This document shows positions 13,595 to 26,800 of a stretch of 64,000 nt of DNA, piece by piece. Each line of letters opens with the position of its first letter. Position 1 is the first letter of the stretch. Source of the stretch: Psammoneis japonica. Taxonomy: Eukaryota. Location: NCBI GenBank assembly GCA_008632985.1, contig QPGO01000047.1, positions 422,212 through 486,211 of the forward strand. The letters are read 5' to 3'. A program made the translations under genes and the position numbers. The notes below the pieces were generated by a model. It saw nothing but the letters and a program-made list of their open reading frames with translations, did no database searches and was not told the DNA's origin.

Positions 13595-14178
13595 CCTGCG
13601 AAGGCACCAGTGAATCTTGTTCCTCATAACACCATCACTGCTGTAGCTCGATGAGCTTCAATCTAGATTCGTCTGGCAAAGCAACAAACGAGGAAGTATG
13701 GAAGCCCTGAAAAAGGCATTCGAATCTAATAATTATATACTCTCATCACGCATTTCCTTTCCAAGAGCTAGTGTGTACGTTACTCATCCTGTGAAGGCAC
13801 CAGTGAGTCTCGTTCCTCATTACGCCATCACTGCTGTAGCTCGATGAGCTTCAATCTAGATGCGTTTGGCAAAGCAGCGAACGAGGAAGTATGGAAGCCC
13901 CGAAAAAGGCATTCGAATCTTATAATTATCTACTCTCATCACGTATGTCCTTTCCAAGAGCTAGTGTGTACGTTACTCATCCTGTGAAGGCACCAGTGAG
14001 TCGTCTCGTTCCTCGTAACACCATCACTGCTATAGAGTGATGAGCTTTAAGTCTAGAGTCGTTCGGCAAAGCAAGGAACAAGGAAGTATGAAAGCCCACA
14101 AAAGAGGCAGTCTAATCTTAAAAATATCTACTCTCATCACCTATATCCTTGCCAAGAGCTAGAGTATGTACGTTACTA
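13595..14178. repeat. Tandem repeat, 3 copies of ~193 bp
   Basis: Units start CCTG(C/T)GAAGGCACCAGTGA at 13595, 13788 and 13981 and end CCAAGAGCTAG..GTACGTTACT. Confidence 0.95.
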
Positions 14179-14293
14179 GCTAAGGAAGAAGGTAACAACT
14201 AGCAGGAGGTTACTACTAAGTTGAAAGTCTGTTCATCCTACCTATTATATTTTCATCTACTACTTGTACCATCAAATACCCGATTTGCTATTC

Positions 14294-15378
14294 TTACCAT
14301 CCAAGGCGTTCCTTCCAGCGGTTGAAGCGTTTGCGACGACGAGTCTTTCCTTCTTCGTGAAGTTTCTTGAGACCATCAAATCCCGCCTTGGCAAAGCTCT
14401 GCACCATTTCAATATACGGACCAAAGTCAAACTCGGGATCGAGTTCCATGACTTCCTGCACACCATCAGCCAAGAATGCATATGGCAAATCCATGATGCT
14501 TCCCGAATGACAGCAATCGTATATGCACGTCAACACCACCCCTTTCTTCATGGGTGCCACCAATGTTTCAAACACATCGTCATCACGAATCAAACCGGAT
14601 TCCTTGTAGTCCACGGGACACAACGCCTCGTCCATACCATCCTCTTCCTCCCGTTCGTCGTCACGAATCGAGCAGCCATGGCCCGAATAATGGCAAAAGA
14701 CGGCATCTCCGGGCTCAGATTCCTGCACAACCTTTTTGTATGCGGCCATGATGTTTTTCGAGGTGGGCTCCGTATGCTCGCCATCGTCCATGAGAATAGT
14801 GATATTATCATCGGTAAAGCCATGGCAGTCCTTGATATACTCAATCATGTTCAGAACATCGTTATGGCATCCGTTGAGCTCTCCAGGATTGTGTCCTTCA
14901 TAGTTAATCCCAATCATCACGGCGCGGCGAGTTCCGTCATTGCATTCCGGAGGCACAATATCAAAGTGATCGTCCAAGTTTGTGGGACGGGAGCTGGATA
15001 GCTGAGGGATCTGCTCAAATCCTTGCTCCTTGAGCTTATCACGAACGGCAAAGAGCATTTCCTTGAAGCTCAAATCCTTGCCCGTGTCGTGGTGATCGGG
15101 ATATGCCACCGATAGCAAGCACGAGGTGAGGGCGCCTCCGGCTCGGCCCGCGGGATCGGGAAGCTTAAACGAAGAAACATTAGAGACTGTGCCATGCGAT
15201 TAGAGAATACCACACAGTATAGAAGTATTGTGAGAAAACGAGGATCGCAACGCGATACGCAATCCCAATAATATGCACGGCCCATAAACATACCGTCGGC
15301 GCTGGTCTGAGAATCTTCACATCCTGAAATCATTCGCACAACGGCGGGGATGGCTTTTTCCGCTTCTTCAAGAGACAT
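14294..15378 (-). CDS. Type III metacaspase (p10 before p20), 2 exons: 15378-15294 and 15186-14294, ~325 aa
   Basis: Exon 1 ends VRMISGCEDSQTSAD. A GTATGT...CAG intron at 15293-15187 restores the frame to VSNVSSFKLPDPAGRAGGALT..QIPQLSSS. The p20 part follows with RRAVMIGINY, LNGCHND, HYSGHG and DCCHSG (His/Cys dyad). Confidence 0.95.
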
Positions 15379-17169
15379 GGTGCATCAACGCTTTAGACAA
15401 TAACCGTTTCTATTCGTAATTGTGTCTATATTCTCCATTCACCTCTCGTTTCCGCCAATATCTTTGACGAGATTCGCACGAATCCAAAAACCCAGAATAC
15501 AGTCCCTAGGAAGATCGCCAAAACGCCGCCAAAGACAACACGGACATTGACGAAATGTTGAAATGTCCTACTGTTTAAGGGGGGTCATCCCCGCGTTTGT
15601 CCTAGAATTACCGTGGCATTTGAATAAGGATATTTATAGTGTTTATTTTTGAATACAAAATTATTTACATTCACCCCCGATCGGCATGAACGAGAACATC
15701 ATGCACCGCGATCGAAGCACGACGATGACGGTAATATCGATATTTCTCACAAACGTAGTTTGCCGTCTACCAACTTTTCATGTATGTACAATCTTTGATA
15801 CATAACAAACATAAAATTAATGAGAGTTGGTAGACGGACACCTCAGTCACAGACTTATGCTTGTTGTTTCACCACGGTGAAGCACGGTGAAATTCAGGAA
15901 AAATCATGCAAAACACGAGCTATTCGGCCGAATTCGAGCTAAAAATAGTAGCAACCGACCACCCTTAAGGTGGAAATAATGTGACTATGTCGCCAATTTT
16001 CTTCTTCCGTACCACTTACAGACCTCCCAGTTGGGAGTGGCCAATTCTGTCTTCAGCTGTTGATTCGTTGCATGACGTTCCTCTCTCCTCTCGCCTCACA
16101 AAATCCATCGCCAAAAGGCGTGTGTATCACAAAAACAGTGACAAGCACATGTTATGACAAGCGAGAGTCCACGTGTGCATAAATTTTACATCATTCTTTC
16201 ACTTGCACTAGTGCGATTGGCATTTTTTAAATGTGGAGGCGTTGAGAAGCATGTCGGTAACAAGAACAATGATTGAGCACGTCTTCGAAATCCCCGTTTG
16301 CTCACCATTTCAAGAACAGCCACTCCGTACTCGAGGCGCACCATTGACGATTGTCACGGCATCAGCTTGAATACGATTTGGCGCCAGGCGTGCGAACAAA
16401 AGGTTGAGGACTTGAACACGTGATCTCCAACGCTGCTGACTTGGTTTGGTTGACTGAAGAAAAGAAAACTCGTTTGCGAACAATTTCAAAAGCAGCAGCA
16501 CAGGCGATCTGTCGAAACCACAGGAAATCTCGGATAAGATCAGCAAGATGTTGCAATGACATAAATTGCCGGAGTCGATGTTCCGACAAAGAGTTTCTGG
16601 CGCGTTGTCCTTTCGAATCGTTCTTGTGGTGTTTCAGATTATTCATGGTTGATATGGCGAGGAGTTTGTCGAAAGAATACTATACTCAAGAATCAAAAGT
16701 AACCATACAGATATGGTGAAAACCTTGTTGCATTTCATTACTCCAAGTTCTCTATGAAAATCATGGGAGCTCGGCTGGTTTCTGTCATGTGCGGATGGAA
16801 AACCGAAAAGCTATCCATCCTTCCGTTTTTGGCTTACGTGTCTCATTCGGCTGGACTGATCAGAAATTCAAGAGTCCTGTCCCATCGATTTTTGATACTA
16901 GTGCGAGCTTGGATCTTGAAGATTGCCACTCTCCCGACAAAATGCTGCTTCGGCGTTGCATACTCTAGAGAGGAAGAAATGGGAAAGATGATACCGGCAT
17001 TTTTGGAGGGTCGTGCAAAGCTTTAGTAGCCCTATTGACCGCGCACACAAAGTCATTCTTTCCTTTTCTTTCGTGCGAACGACCTCATTAATGGGTTGAA
17101 TGCCAAGAGTGCAATGTGCATTCGAAACAATTCGTAAAGGCTATTTCGCTGAAATGGTACGTGGAGAAG

Positions 17170-18890
17170 TTGAACACTCTCATTTTCAGAGCAGAACAGT
17201 GTTTGCGAGCAAAGTCTTGCTCGGAGTCGTACGCAAAAGAGACCTCTGAGGGGCTGATGAGGCTTTGCGGATGGATGGCTGTCAAAGGCGAACTTCAAAC
17301 AACGTGGTCATGTGCTATGTCGCGTTGGAATGCCGTCTGCACACAAGACGCATGCCGAGGAGTATATACACTTGTCGGAAATGATTTGGAAAAAACTGAT
17401 CTAAGCGCGCCTCATTTTATGCAGCCTATTCTGGTAAGTGCAAAGAAGATCGGTGTCGGGGAAAAACTACGGACATCTGTTTAGATCTCGACGCTCCTCT
17501 AAAATGGTTTCCTATGCGTCTGGATCGTGCTGTCCTTGAGAGAACTGCCCGGTTACCACTTGCAAAGTTTAAAGAGGTGACGAAATCATCTTCTTGAGGC
17601 TACCCTTCTGCTAAGGGATACCTAGCTAGAGGATGCTCCTGCAGCCGGGTCGTTGTCTAGAGAGGACGAGCACTGTGCAAATGCATCGCATATCATAATG
17701 GTTTTTCGATGAAACGGGACGTGGACAAATTGGTGCACTCTCATTTTCGGAGCATAGAGAGTTTGCGAGCAAAATCTTACGCGGAATCGCACGTACACAA
17801 TAGAGAGGTCTGAATGGTTGATGATGCTTTTCGGATGGCAGCCAAAGACGAACTTCAACAACGTGGTCATGTTCTATATCTTGGGATACCGTCTTCGCAC
17901 AAGACGCATGTCGAGGAGTACACTAGTGGGAAATGATTAGGAAAAACCCATTCAAAACACGCCCCAACATATCGTCTTATTTCCGTAATCAAGTCACCCT
18001 CTAGAGAGACAGAGAGAGCAAAGAAGATCGGTGTCGGATAAAACTACGGACGTGTGTGCTGTGATTTCGACACGCTTCTGCTGACATCCTATCTGTGCAT
18101 CACGGCTGGATCGTGCTGTCCTTGACAGAATCGCACGCTGATACCGTTTGTGAAGTTCAGACAGGTGACGAAATCTAGGGTACCCTTCTGCTTATGGAAA
18201 CCTCTCGATAGGATGCTCTTGCAACCGGGTCACTGTCTGGAGAGGACGACCGCTGTGCAAATTGATGGCACATAAAATGAGGCGTTGATAAACGATACAA
18301 TTCGTAAGAGTTCTTTCGCTGAATTGAGAGCACTCTCATTTTCGAAGCAGACCAGTGGTCTTGAGCACAGTCATGTGAGGAGTTGTACAGAAAAGAGAGC
18401 TCTGAATGGTTGATGATGCTATCTGATGGCTGGCAATGGTGAACGTCAACATCGTGGTCATGTGCTGTATCGCGTGGGATGACCTCTGCACGCAAGACGA
18501 ATGTCGAGGAGGACAACAGGTGGAAATGATTTGGCAAAGCCGTTCAAAACACACCCTGATATATCGTGTTATTTCCAGAATTAAGTCCGCCTGTATGTAT
18601 TCATTGTGTGCAGTTCATGCTCTAGAGACTAGAGAGTGGACAGAAGATCGGTGTCGGATAAAACTGCGGATAGGTGTGTGGTGATTTCGATACGCCTTTT
18701 CTAGTTTACTATCTGTGCATCACGGATGGATCGTGCTGTCCTTGACAGAACCGCACGCTTACGGTTTGTAAAAATTAGACAGGTGACGAAACCATCCACT
18801 CTAGGCTACCGCTCTGCTCATGGGTACCTAGAGGATGCTCTTGCAACTGGGTCGTTGTCTATAGAGAGGACGATCGCAGTGCAAATGGAT
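17170..18890. repeat. Diverged tandem repeat, 3 copies of ~560-620 bp
   Basis: Anchors recur in order: CACTCTCATTTTC (~17176, 17736, 18331), GAAGATCGGTGTCGG (~17445, 18023, 18643) and TGGATCGTGCTGTCCTTGA (~17521, 18107, 18727). Confidence 0.9.
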
Positions 18891-21837
18891 CGCGTGTAAA
18901 GCAAGGCGTTGGCAGTCGATTCTTTTCAACAGAGCAACATGTTTGCACAAGTTTGTTGAACGAATGTATCGGATTTGTCAGGCATACTGGTAATTGCAGC
19001 GACTCGTGACTCTCACCTACACAGCTCGCCCTTGAGAAGCTCAATTGAAATACTCCACCCCTTGCTGCTATGCTTTGCGTCCTCGGCATATCTTGCGAAT
19101 ACAACTTACGTATCCTCTACTAATTGGGCAATCTATCGCGCGGGGTTCGCATATTCGCAATTGGGATGATCCAGCAACAAAGGGTTCGTCCCAGTTTGAA
19201 GTTGGGAGGTTGCCTCGATCTTGTTCCTTCTCCAGTTGGGGTGCTCCAGTCACCTCGGCACCAACCAATGCTCCCAGGCCTCACCCTTACGTTCGCTCGG
19301 ATGCCTCACTCCACTGCATCGCTCCGACACCTTGCCAAATGAACCAAGCTTTCACGCCTGGTACAAGGAACATTAGGCCTATTTTTCGTTTTTATATGTC
19401 GCTAGCTAGTCGCTACGGGTACTATCACTCATCAGTCAAGCAACTCAAGATGCCCAGATACCGGTACATTTCCACCGTTCGTGCGTGCGTGCGTGCGTGC
19501 GGCGGCATGACGCTGATGCTGCAGCATGACGCTGATGCTGCACCACCATTCAAAAATATTAATTACTTAATAATGTTATAATCCCAACGGAAACAATACC
19601 AATCAATTATTTTGCGATCGAGTCAAACCAACAACGCAAAACCCCACACAATACACTGCGTGTATGGTAACAAGAAGTAGTAACAACAACAAGATGAAGA
19701 CTCAAATCATCTTTGAGCCGCAGAAGCAGAAAGCTCTTTTCAAGAAGGGTGTGCTGTATTGTTTCGTCTCCAGAGAAATCGAAGTGGGGGAAAGAAGAGC
19801 TCGATTTGTTGTATGTCGAGAAAACGGCACCTTTGTACATACCTTCTGCACAGTGCCGAACTGAAGCAAGTAACTGAACGGCCGAGTCTCTCTGATTTTC
19901 ATGCTAGTATAGATTTCGCCACGCCCTTGACGATACTGAGCTCGTTAGACTTGGTGCTGGTCCTTGTTGCGAAACAAAACAACAGCATAGAAACAACGAC
20001 ACGTACAAGACGGTTTCTGCTCAAGCCATTGTCTCAACACACGGCTGGGCTCTCCGATTGTTTAGAGGATCATTCTGGTGTTGACAAGAGAAATCAGTCA
20101 ACTTACGACGCATCGACCTTCAGAAAAAAATATCAGCAACTCTTCCAACAAACTCAAGCGCATACGAGCAAGTAAAAAAGGCGAAACCAGTCACTGAGAG
20201 CAACGCAGAAGCAATCCCCGTCTCAAAGGAATGATTGAGACTTAACTCAGATCAGAATGGAGATACCAATAGTGTCGATGCTGTTAATGAGCATGGGTTG
20301 GAGGACATTATTACCGTGGATGAATTCAAGAAACGTCGCGATGCCAGTATCGATACGAACGACCCATCTCCGCCGCACGTGGCTACCGCGTGGTTGAAAC
20401 GCTGTACGGATACCCTCAACAAGGATAGTACCACCCAAATTGTCCATAACTTACTTGCAAGTCCCTCGGATCTCAAGAACGAAATGGAAAGTACGCTGCC
20501 AAGAGGAAAAATGGACAAGACATATTCAACTTAAAGTCATGATTCGAATGCAGCTCCACACCATGATTGCAGACAAGTACGGTAATGACAATAACGATAT
20601 GCTAGAGAGTTGCTACTCGTTCAACCTGCGGCGACCAACTCAAATGAGAAGAAAAAAGTCGAAAAACAAACGGAAACGAGAAACGACGGAACCTCCGTGT
20701 CTTGCGCACGACGTGATTACCTTTTTGGAAATGGTTTCGTTTCTTCTGGGACCAGAACATTGCTCATTTTCTTATCGAATGTTTTCCGCGTACTTCAAAC
20801 ACATCCGTTCCCAATGCAACCATGGAGATCGTTCAGCAAGTCTTTGAGTATTCTGAAGTGGAAGTTCCGCCGACGAATTTATAGGAAGCTGTGAAGGAAA
20901 ACAGCAAACCGAAGCCAGCGACTCCTCCAGTTGTGGTACTTTCCCAAAAGAAGAGATCGTCACTGCCTGTTACACTGCTGACAACGTATTTGCTGACCTC
21001 GTTCAAGTGATGACCGATCCAGGTAGTAGCCATGACAAATCGCCCGATCCCAAACCCTTGGCGGATACCAAGCCAGCGAAGAAGATTAACGTCTTGATTG
21101 ACATGCCCTTTTCGCTCACATCACGGTCGAAAAACGCTCTCCTCGAGGATGGTGGAAAGGGTCGATTCGTTGGAAGACACTTCAATTCGAGTCAAACCAA
21201 CATGCCGAGTATCTTTTGACAAGTGAAGCAGGTGACGCCGAAACCACGAAGCGTCCAACAATAAATGCCAAAGCCGTCGATTGTTCCAAAGCGCCTAAAC
21301 CATCCAACCGTATCCTCGACAATGTTTCTCGCATGATGCCACCACTAAGGAGAATATAGCAGAAATACCGATGAAATGCAGCTTGCCGCCTGGTCGTTTT
21401 GTTTCCGAAACGCTCATGTCTTTCAAATAGAAAAAAACAAGACCCAGTCCCATTCATCTCGGAGGAGGTCACCGATCGAAGAAGAAGAAGCCGAGAAAGA
21501 TATTCAATATCTCTTGGCTCTACGAGTACGTCTAATCAAACCAAGGAGCCGCCTCAGCAAAGGAGCCATCTTGTCGTGCAAGCAACTCTTGCAGCAAGCA
21601 GGATGAAGCGACAGAGGCATCAGAGAACTAGTGTTCTGTTATTTCGGGTATCAGGATCAATGGCTCTCTGTTAAGGTAAACAGGCTCATTGGAAACGTAA
21701 ATTCTGTTTTCGGGGTGCTTTCAATCATACGACAGTTCTCCTTCCGTGCTGTTTGTATTGCCACTTGTTGGAGACCCACACAATGCAGTAAATATCAAAT
21801 AAAACAACCACGACACACAAGTTGAAAATCTTCAAGG

Positions 21838-22220
21838 CTCGAAAAAGTTCTTTTGTCCAGTGCACGTGCCCATCCACACACAGTGATGATCATACCCGCC
21901 GGCGACGCAAACCTTTTACAGTCTGGACAATGGGCTCCATCGGGGGTGGCTGATGCACATTACACCAGCCACATGCACCATCTCCAATCGTCCATATTCA
22001 GAGAGTAATGGGGTTTTGCATCACGGAAAATGCCAGGATCGCCACATGATACTACGCCCACGAGACTCACAACAGTCAGAGTTGTATAAAGGCAACACAG
22101 GTTGCTAGTAGTGCGATTGGACCAATCTTGGTTGCGAGCTTGATAAAGTGATGTAATCCCCAGAGTATTATAAGTCCAAGCGTACATACAGAGCGGTCCG
22201 AACCAGTGTGGTCCAATCAA
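21838..22220 (-). pseudogene. DHHC palmitoyltransferase pseudogene fragment
   Basis: IGPHWFG...GDPGI...WRWC is followed across frameshifts by DGAHCPDCK and VCVAGGYDHHCVWMGTCTGQKNF. Confidence 0.85.
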
Positions 22221-22599
22221 AGCTACTCCTCGCTACCCTAGCAACTACTCGATTAGAGAGTAAAGCCCTACTCTACTCCCTACTGTAGATTAGAGCCCTA
22301 CCGTACTATCAACCTCATCCTCGAGTCTACTCTAGCTAGTTTGGGTTATAAAAAAAAACAGAGGGTAGGAAACGAGAGAGGAAATCGATCGTATCATACG
22401 AAGAAATGGACAAGAAGCATATCACTTCAAGTTATAGCTTGTTCCTAGCCACTCTCTGGTCTGGAGCGAGCGTCCATGCGATTTATGAGAATGAAAACTT
22501 TCGTGCTATAGCATGTTATTACACTGCAAGCCTTTTCAATTCAACATGATTGTTCAATGACTATTTCGAGTCTTACCGTTTCTCTCTTTTTCTCTCATT

Positions 22600-23571
22600 T
22601 TACTCATATAATCGCCGCTGTTGCCACACATCACGTCGTCGTCGTTGCATGACTTGTTGAAATCTCGATTGTGCTTCTCGACATCCCGTTTCCAATACAA
22701 GCCACAATAGAACAAACCAAGGCAAAATGGCAAGAGGCGAATATTGTGTGGAGGATGACGAATGAACTGGCTTTTTCTTTTTGAGAACAAACACGGGAGC
22801 GGCTTGGTTCGAAACATGTGCATGAGCTACAACGGGACGACGTAGCCGCTTCTTGTTGACTCTTGTGTCGGTTAAATCACGAGACTTCTCTTGTATCAAT
22901 AATGTGCCTTGATTCATTTCCTTTGCTTTATTAGTAGGCGGAAATGCCATTTCTCGCCCGTGTTGTGGAGAAAAGAGTGCCAAATTATTATCGTGCAACG
23001 ACGAGTTAGGAGTACGAAATGACGGTGTTGGCTGTGACACAAGTCCCAAGTACACAATCACCACGAGTCCAATTCGTAACGATTGCATGCGACGACTACG
23101 AGACGATGGTCCACCGTGCCGTCGTCTTCTTCGTCGTGGATGCTGTGATGGAACATTGACTTCCATGATGGAATCCTCCGATGTTGTTGTTTCATCAAGT
23201 GATGAGACCGATTCTTCTTCGCTGTTATCACTAAAGGGTGGATAGGCCATTTGAGCAATGTCTTGACCGACATGCATGGTAGAAGCTTCGTATCGAGGAC
23301 TGCTACTCCAGGTTCGAGATCGTCGACGTGTATTATTCAAAGTTCCATTATGGTGATGATTTGCCGGTACCGCCATGCTGCTTGTTCCTCCTAAAAAACT
23401 CGCACCGGTGTTCGGCATGCGCGAAGCCTCACGTGCATCTTGCGCTTCTTCATCGGATGGTACGTTGTCGTCATGGCCATGGCGTTGATTGTGTGGAAAT
23501 GATTGACCCATAGTATCAACAACCATACCAGACGCCTCTCGATGTTGTAACAGTGGCATCATTTTCTCCAT
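22600..23571 (-). CDS. Hypothetical protein with two hydrophobic segments
   Basis: 323-aa ATG-initiated ORF in a domain with normal stop density. It has low-complexity segments and TM-like stretches IGLVVIVYLGLV and LAILPWFVLLWLVL. Confidence 0.65.
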   Translation of the reverse strand: MEKMMPLLQHREASGMVVDTMGQSFPHNQRHGHDDNVPSDEEAQDAREASRMPNTGASFLGGTSSMAVPANHHHNGTLNNTRRRSRTWSSSPRYEASTMHVGQDIAQMAYPPFSDNSEEESVSSLDETTTSEDSIMEVNVPSQHPRRRRRRHGGPSSRSRRMQSLRIGLVVIVYLGLVSQPTPSFRTPNSSLHDNNLALFSPQHGREMAFPPTNKAKEMNQGTLLIQEKSRDLTDTRVNKKRLRRPVVAHAHVSNQAAPVFVLKKKKPVHSSSSTQYSPLAILPWFVLLWLVLETGCREAQSRFQQVMQRRRRDVWQQRRLYE

Positions 23572-23848
23572 GGCTATAGTATCGCCTCTCTGTTTTAGCT
23601 TGACGACGACGCCAACGTTGACTCAACACGTGACATGACACGGAATCTGTGAAGTTTTTTTGTCTTGCACCGCGCAAGCGCCTCGCGCGCAGTCCCGGGT
23701 GCACTAAGAATCTGGAATCCGGAACTTTCCCGTGCCTTTTTCAGTAAGTTTCCTGTGTTTTGACGGGATTTACGCACGAAGGACATACGATAAAATTGAC
23801 CACGCACTTCCTCGTGTAAGAACGCGCCGCCGGCATCAACACAACATA

Positions 23849-24166
23849 CTACAAATTGCAAAACAATTGCGCGATACACGTGCCCGAAGGTCGAATATCG
23901 TTGCCCGAAGCAACATTCTTCCTTCGCGCAGATGTCCATTCTACATATTATATGGTATTGAAAATCTCATTGTAGTCGCATGAGTCGTTGAAGTAATTTC
24001 ATCAATGACCTCTGTGGTACTGTGCTACGTGATCTACACAAATCGGACATTCTCGAATGCTGGTATATTTTCTACGGTCTCTACGTGCGCGAAGCTCGAA
24101 TTTCGTGCCCGAAGCAACAATCACCCTTCGGGCACGTGTATCGCGCAATTGTTCAGCAATTCGTAG
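23849..24166. mobile_element. MITE-like element with ~42-bp TIRs, flanked by TA (Tc1/mariner-type target duplication)
   Basis: TA|CTACAAATTGCAAAACAATTGCGCGATACACGTGCCCGAAGG (23847-23890) is the inverse of CCTTCGGGCACGTGTATCGCGCAATTGTTCAGCAATTCGTAG|TA (24125-24168), with few mismatches. Confidence 0.75.
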
Positions 24167-24250
24167 TACTGTACTCACATCATGCACACATCATCGCATT
24201 GAATAACACATCATGCTGTTGATTGTTATGCGTTGTTCACCGACAGCAAG

Positions 24251-25207
24251 ATGTTTCAGAGGCCTTTTCAATTGACATGCTTGCTTCTTCTTCTTCTTTC
24301 ACAATATTATGTTGATGCAAAAGCAAGTAGTAGCGGTAGTAGAGGCTGGCTCCCGCCATTGTCCCAAACGAAAAATACCATCAAGCTCGGCTCATCATCA
24401 TCATCACAATTATTATTGAGCGCACGACGTTCCGACAATAAGGACGACTTTGTCGCACACCTCGAGGACGCAGAACGATACCACCCAGAAGAACCTACAG
24501 CATCATCATCATGGCGACATACTACTCATACTAAAAGTAACAATCGAGGTCGACGTGAGCAGAATAAGGACCTTGTGAATTACGAATTACAACAGGCACT
24601 GAAATTCACTCCAGAACGATTCGGAGGTATTTCGTTGACGGCATTGGTACTAGCCAAAATAATGAGTGCCATGAAATGGTTAGTCATTCAGGAACGAGTC
24701 AATGAAAAGCCACAACGCTGGTGGTGGCAACGACATGGCTTATTTTGGTGGCAAACGAAAAAGGAAGAACCCAAAACGCGCATTCAAAAAGTGAGAGACT
24801 GGTGGGCGTCCGTCACGACGGCCGAGCATCACTTGTCGGCTACAACGACACTTGCACCAGAATTTCAATGTGCGACGGGTGCCTTTTTGGGAATGACCAT
24901 GTCACCCTTGGCCCTGTCGGTAGGACCCGTTGCCTTGTTTGAGGGAGGCGTAGCGTACGTGATGGCTGGACTGGATGAAATTCAACAGTTTTTGGAATAT
25001 CTCAAAACAAGAGCAGTCGACGGAGAAGACGTTATCAAGACGAGCAGTATAGTGGTGAGTCTCTTGGCAGTGGCAGAAGCATTCCTTACAAGGATCCAGC
25101 AGCGTTTTCGGAGTGATATTCGTCTTATTGCACCCAATGTGCAACGTGGCTTTGTTGCCGGAGTCGTCACGGGTGTATTGGTGCAACTTGTGCGTAAAAA
25201 GAAATAA
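24251..25207 (+). CDS. Hypothetical protein with signal peptide and hydrophobic C-terminal segments
   Basis: Long ORF from the ATG at 24251: MFQRPFQLTCLLLLLLSQYYVDA... ending GFVAGVVTGVLVQLVRKKK. Confidence 0.65.
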   Translation: MFQRPFQLTCLLLLLLSQYYVDAKASSSGSRGWLPPLSQTKNTIKLGSSSSSQLLLSARRSDNKDDFVAHLEDAERYHPEEPTASSSWRHTTHTKSNNRGRREQNKDLVNYELQQALKFTPERFGGISLTALVLAKIMSAMKWLVIQERVNEKPQRWWWQRHGLFWWQTKKEEPKTRIQKVRDWWASVTTAEHHLSATTTLAPEFQCATGAFLGMTMSPLALSVGPVALFEGGVAYVMAGLDEIQQFLEYLKTRAVDGEDVIKTSSIVVSLLAVAEAFLTRIQQRFRSDIRLIAPNVQRGFVAGVVTGVLVQLVRKKK

Positions 25208-25639
25208 TAAAGGCAGTAGTTGGGTGGCTGAGTGGGGGGGCTGGTATATATTCCGGTAATGCTGGTTAATGCAAGAAACAAACGACGCTATTATTCTAAG
25301 TATTCTTTGTTCGTTCAGTATATTGGACAAACAATGCCATTGCTTCGCTATTCTGTCACTCGCTAGTTTTACCTGAGTCTGAACTCTCAAATATACATCA
25401 TTATCATTTTGTGATGCTAACTATTAGTTCGAAACTCGCAAACAAGCAAACAGAGAAGTGTTGTGCCCGGCTCATTTTTCGATGCACTTTCTGGCTGGTT
25501 CTAAGAGTTTTTACATGCTCTCTCTCTCTAGAGACATGAAGAGGGTGCAGAGCATCTCCATACAAAGTCTCTACAAGAATGATGATGTTGGTTGATTTAC
25601 AATCTCTGATGCATTGCACAATTCCTTTTGCCGCTGACA

Positions 25640-26800
25640 ACAGCACAGTGTTTGTTCTGGCAATGCCTGTGCAGTTTGGAATTGGACGGAGATGCTGTCT
25701 AGCTGCCTTCAAGGCATGGCCGACAGTGGGGATGGACACCTTGGTGGTGACGGGCACATGACTGCACCCCACATGTGTTGCAGCACACTGTGCCCTCTGC
25801 TCTTCTCCAGCAATGTGTGTCAAAGCTCAAGCTGATGTTTGAGAGTGGTGCCATGCTTGTTGTGTTTGTCAACTTTGGCAAGTTTCTCGGCATTGCAGAC
25901 ACTCATGGAGCTGCAACCTGCATTTGCCTCACAAGTCATTTTGAAGAATCCTTCCCAGTTGCACAAGCAGGATGTCAACATTTCTTCCTTGGAGACAGAA
26001 ATGTGCCAATGGACCAGGTCAAAGTTGGAGAACACCTGGTTGTGATGCCCAGTGCTCATGTTCCCACCAACAGTGTTTTGTTGGTGTCTGCATCCCAGAA
26101 CAACAACTCACATGCATGCCCTCACAAATCTGCCTTTTCTGGTGAGCCCTTTTTCACAGCTGAGAGTCTTGCCAATGATTTGAATGTCTGCAACAGGTGG
26201 TGGCACCACACTGGCAAACATTGCAAAGCTTGAAGCTCAAGTGGATGCAACCATGTGCATCTTTGCTCTGATTGTCCTGGTGTTGACTGATGTCACCCTC
26301 TGTGCATGGATGGCATTTGTCAAGGAAAGCTTGGAGGAGCGCTTCTTCATGGGCATTGACTTCTGCCATTGGTGTGATTGTGTCTGCAGCAGTGATGGTG
26401 GGAACAAGTTTGTGCCAAAACAATGCTGCAAGCCATTTTCTTTTCATGAGAACCTCTGCAATCAAAAAAGGCATTGGAGGGACAAATGGACTGCTCATCA
26501 AGGGTGGTGGAGTGTTTTGGAAAGTGCTCACAGCATCAACACAATTGTTTTGAATGAGACAGGAACCATCACAAGTGGGCACACTGTCGCGTGTGACACT
26601 GCATTGATTTTGATGACACTTTGAGCACAACAGACCCACTTCTACATGGCTGGTGCCAACAAAGACAATGCAGAGAGGACTGCGTTGCCATCTGGTTGGC
26701 TGCATGTGCAGAACAGCAGAGTCAGCACCCACTTGCCAAGGCCATTGTGAGTGCTGCAAGCACAACATGGGGCAGAGATGCAACTTGCTGTGAGGAAGGA
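25640..26800 (+). pseudogene. Heavy-metal (Cu-type P1B) P-type ATPase pseudogene, TpA- and CpG-eroded
   Basis: Fragments occur in the expected order: LAMPVQFGIG, GMDTLVVTGT, FESGAMLVVFVNFGKFL, VKVGEHLVVMP, SAFSGEP, TTLANIAKL, AVMVGT, NGLLIKGGG, IVLNETGTITSG (cf. DKTGTLT), AEQQSQHPLAKAIV. Confidence 0.85.

Noticed and set aside
14264..15001. 245-aa + strand ORF, and similarly 39572..40609 and 41188..41964
   Set aside because: These are antisense shadows of the metacaspase and copia pol frames.
19664..21606. Chain of short + strand ORFs that may be one spliced or decayed gene
   Set aside because: No motif or consistent splice model could be established by eye.
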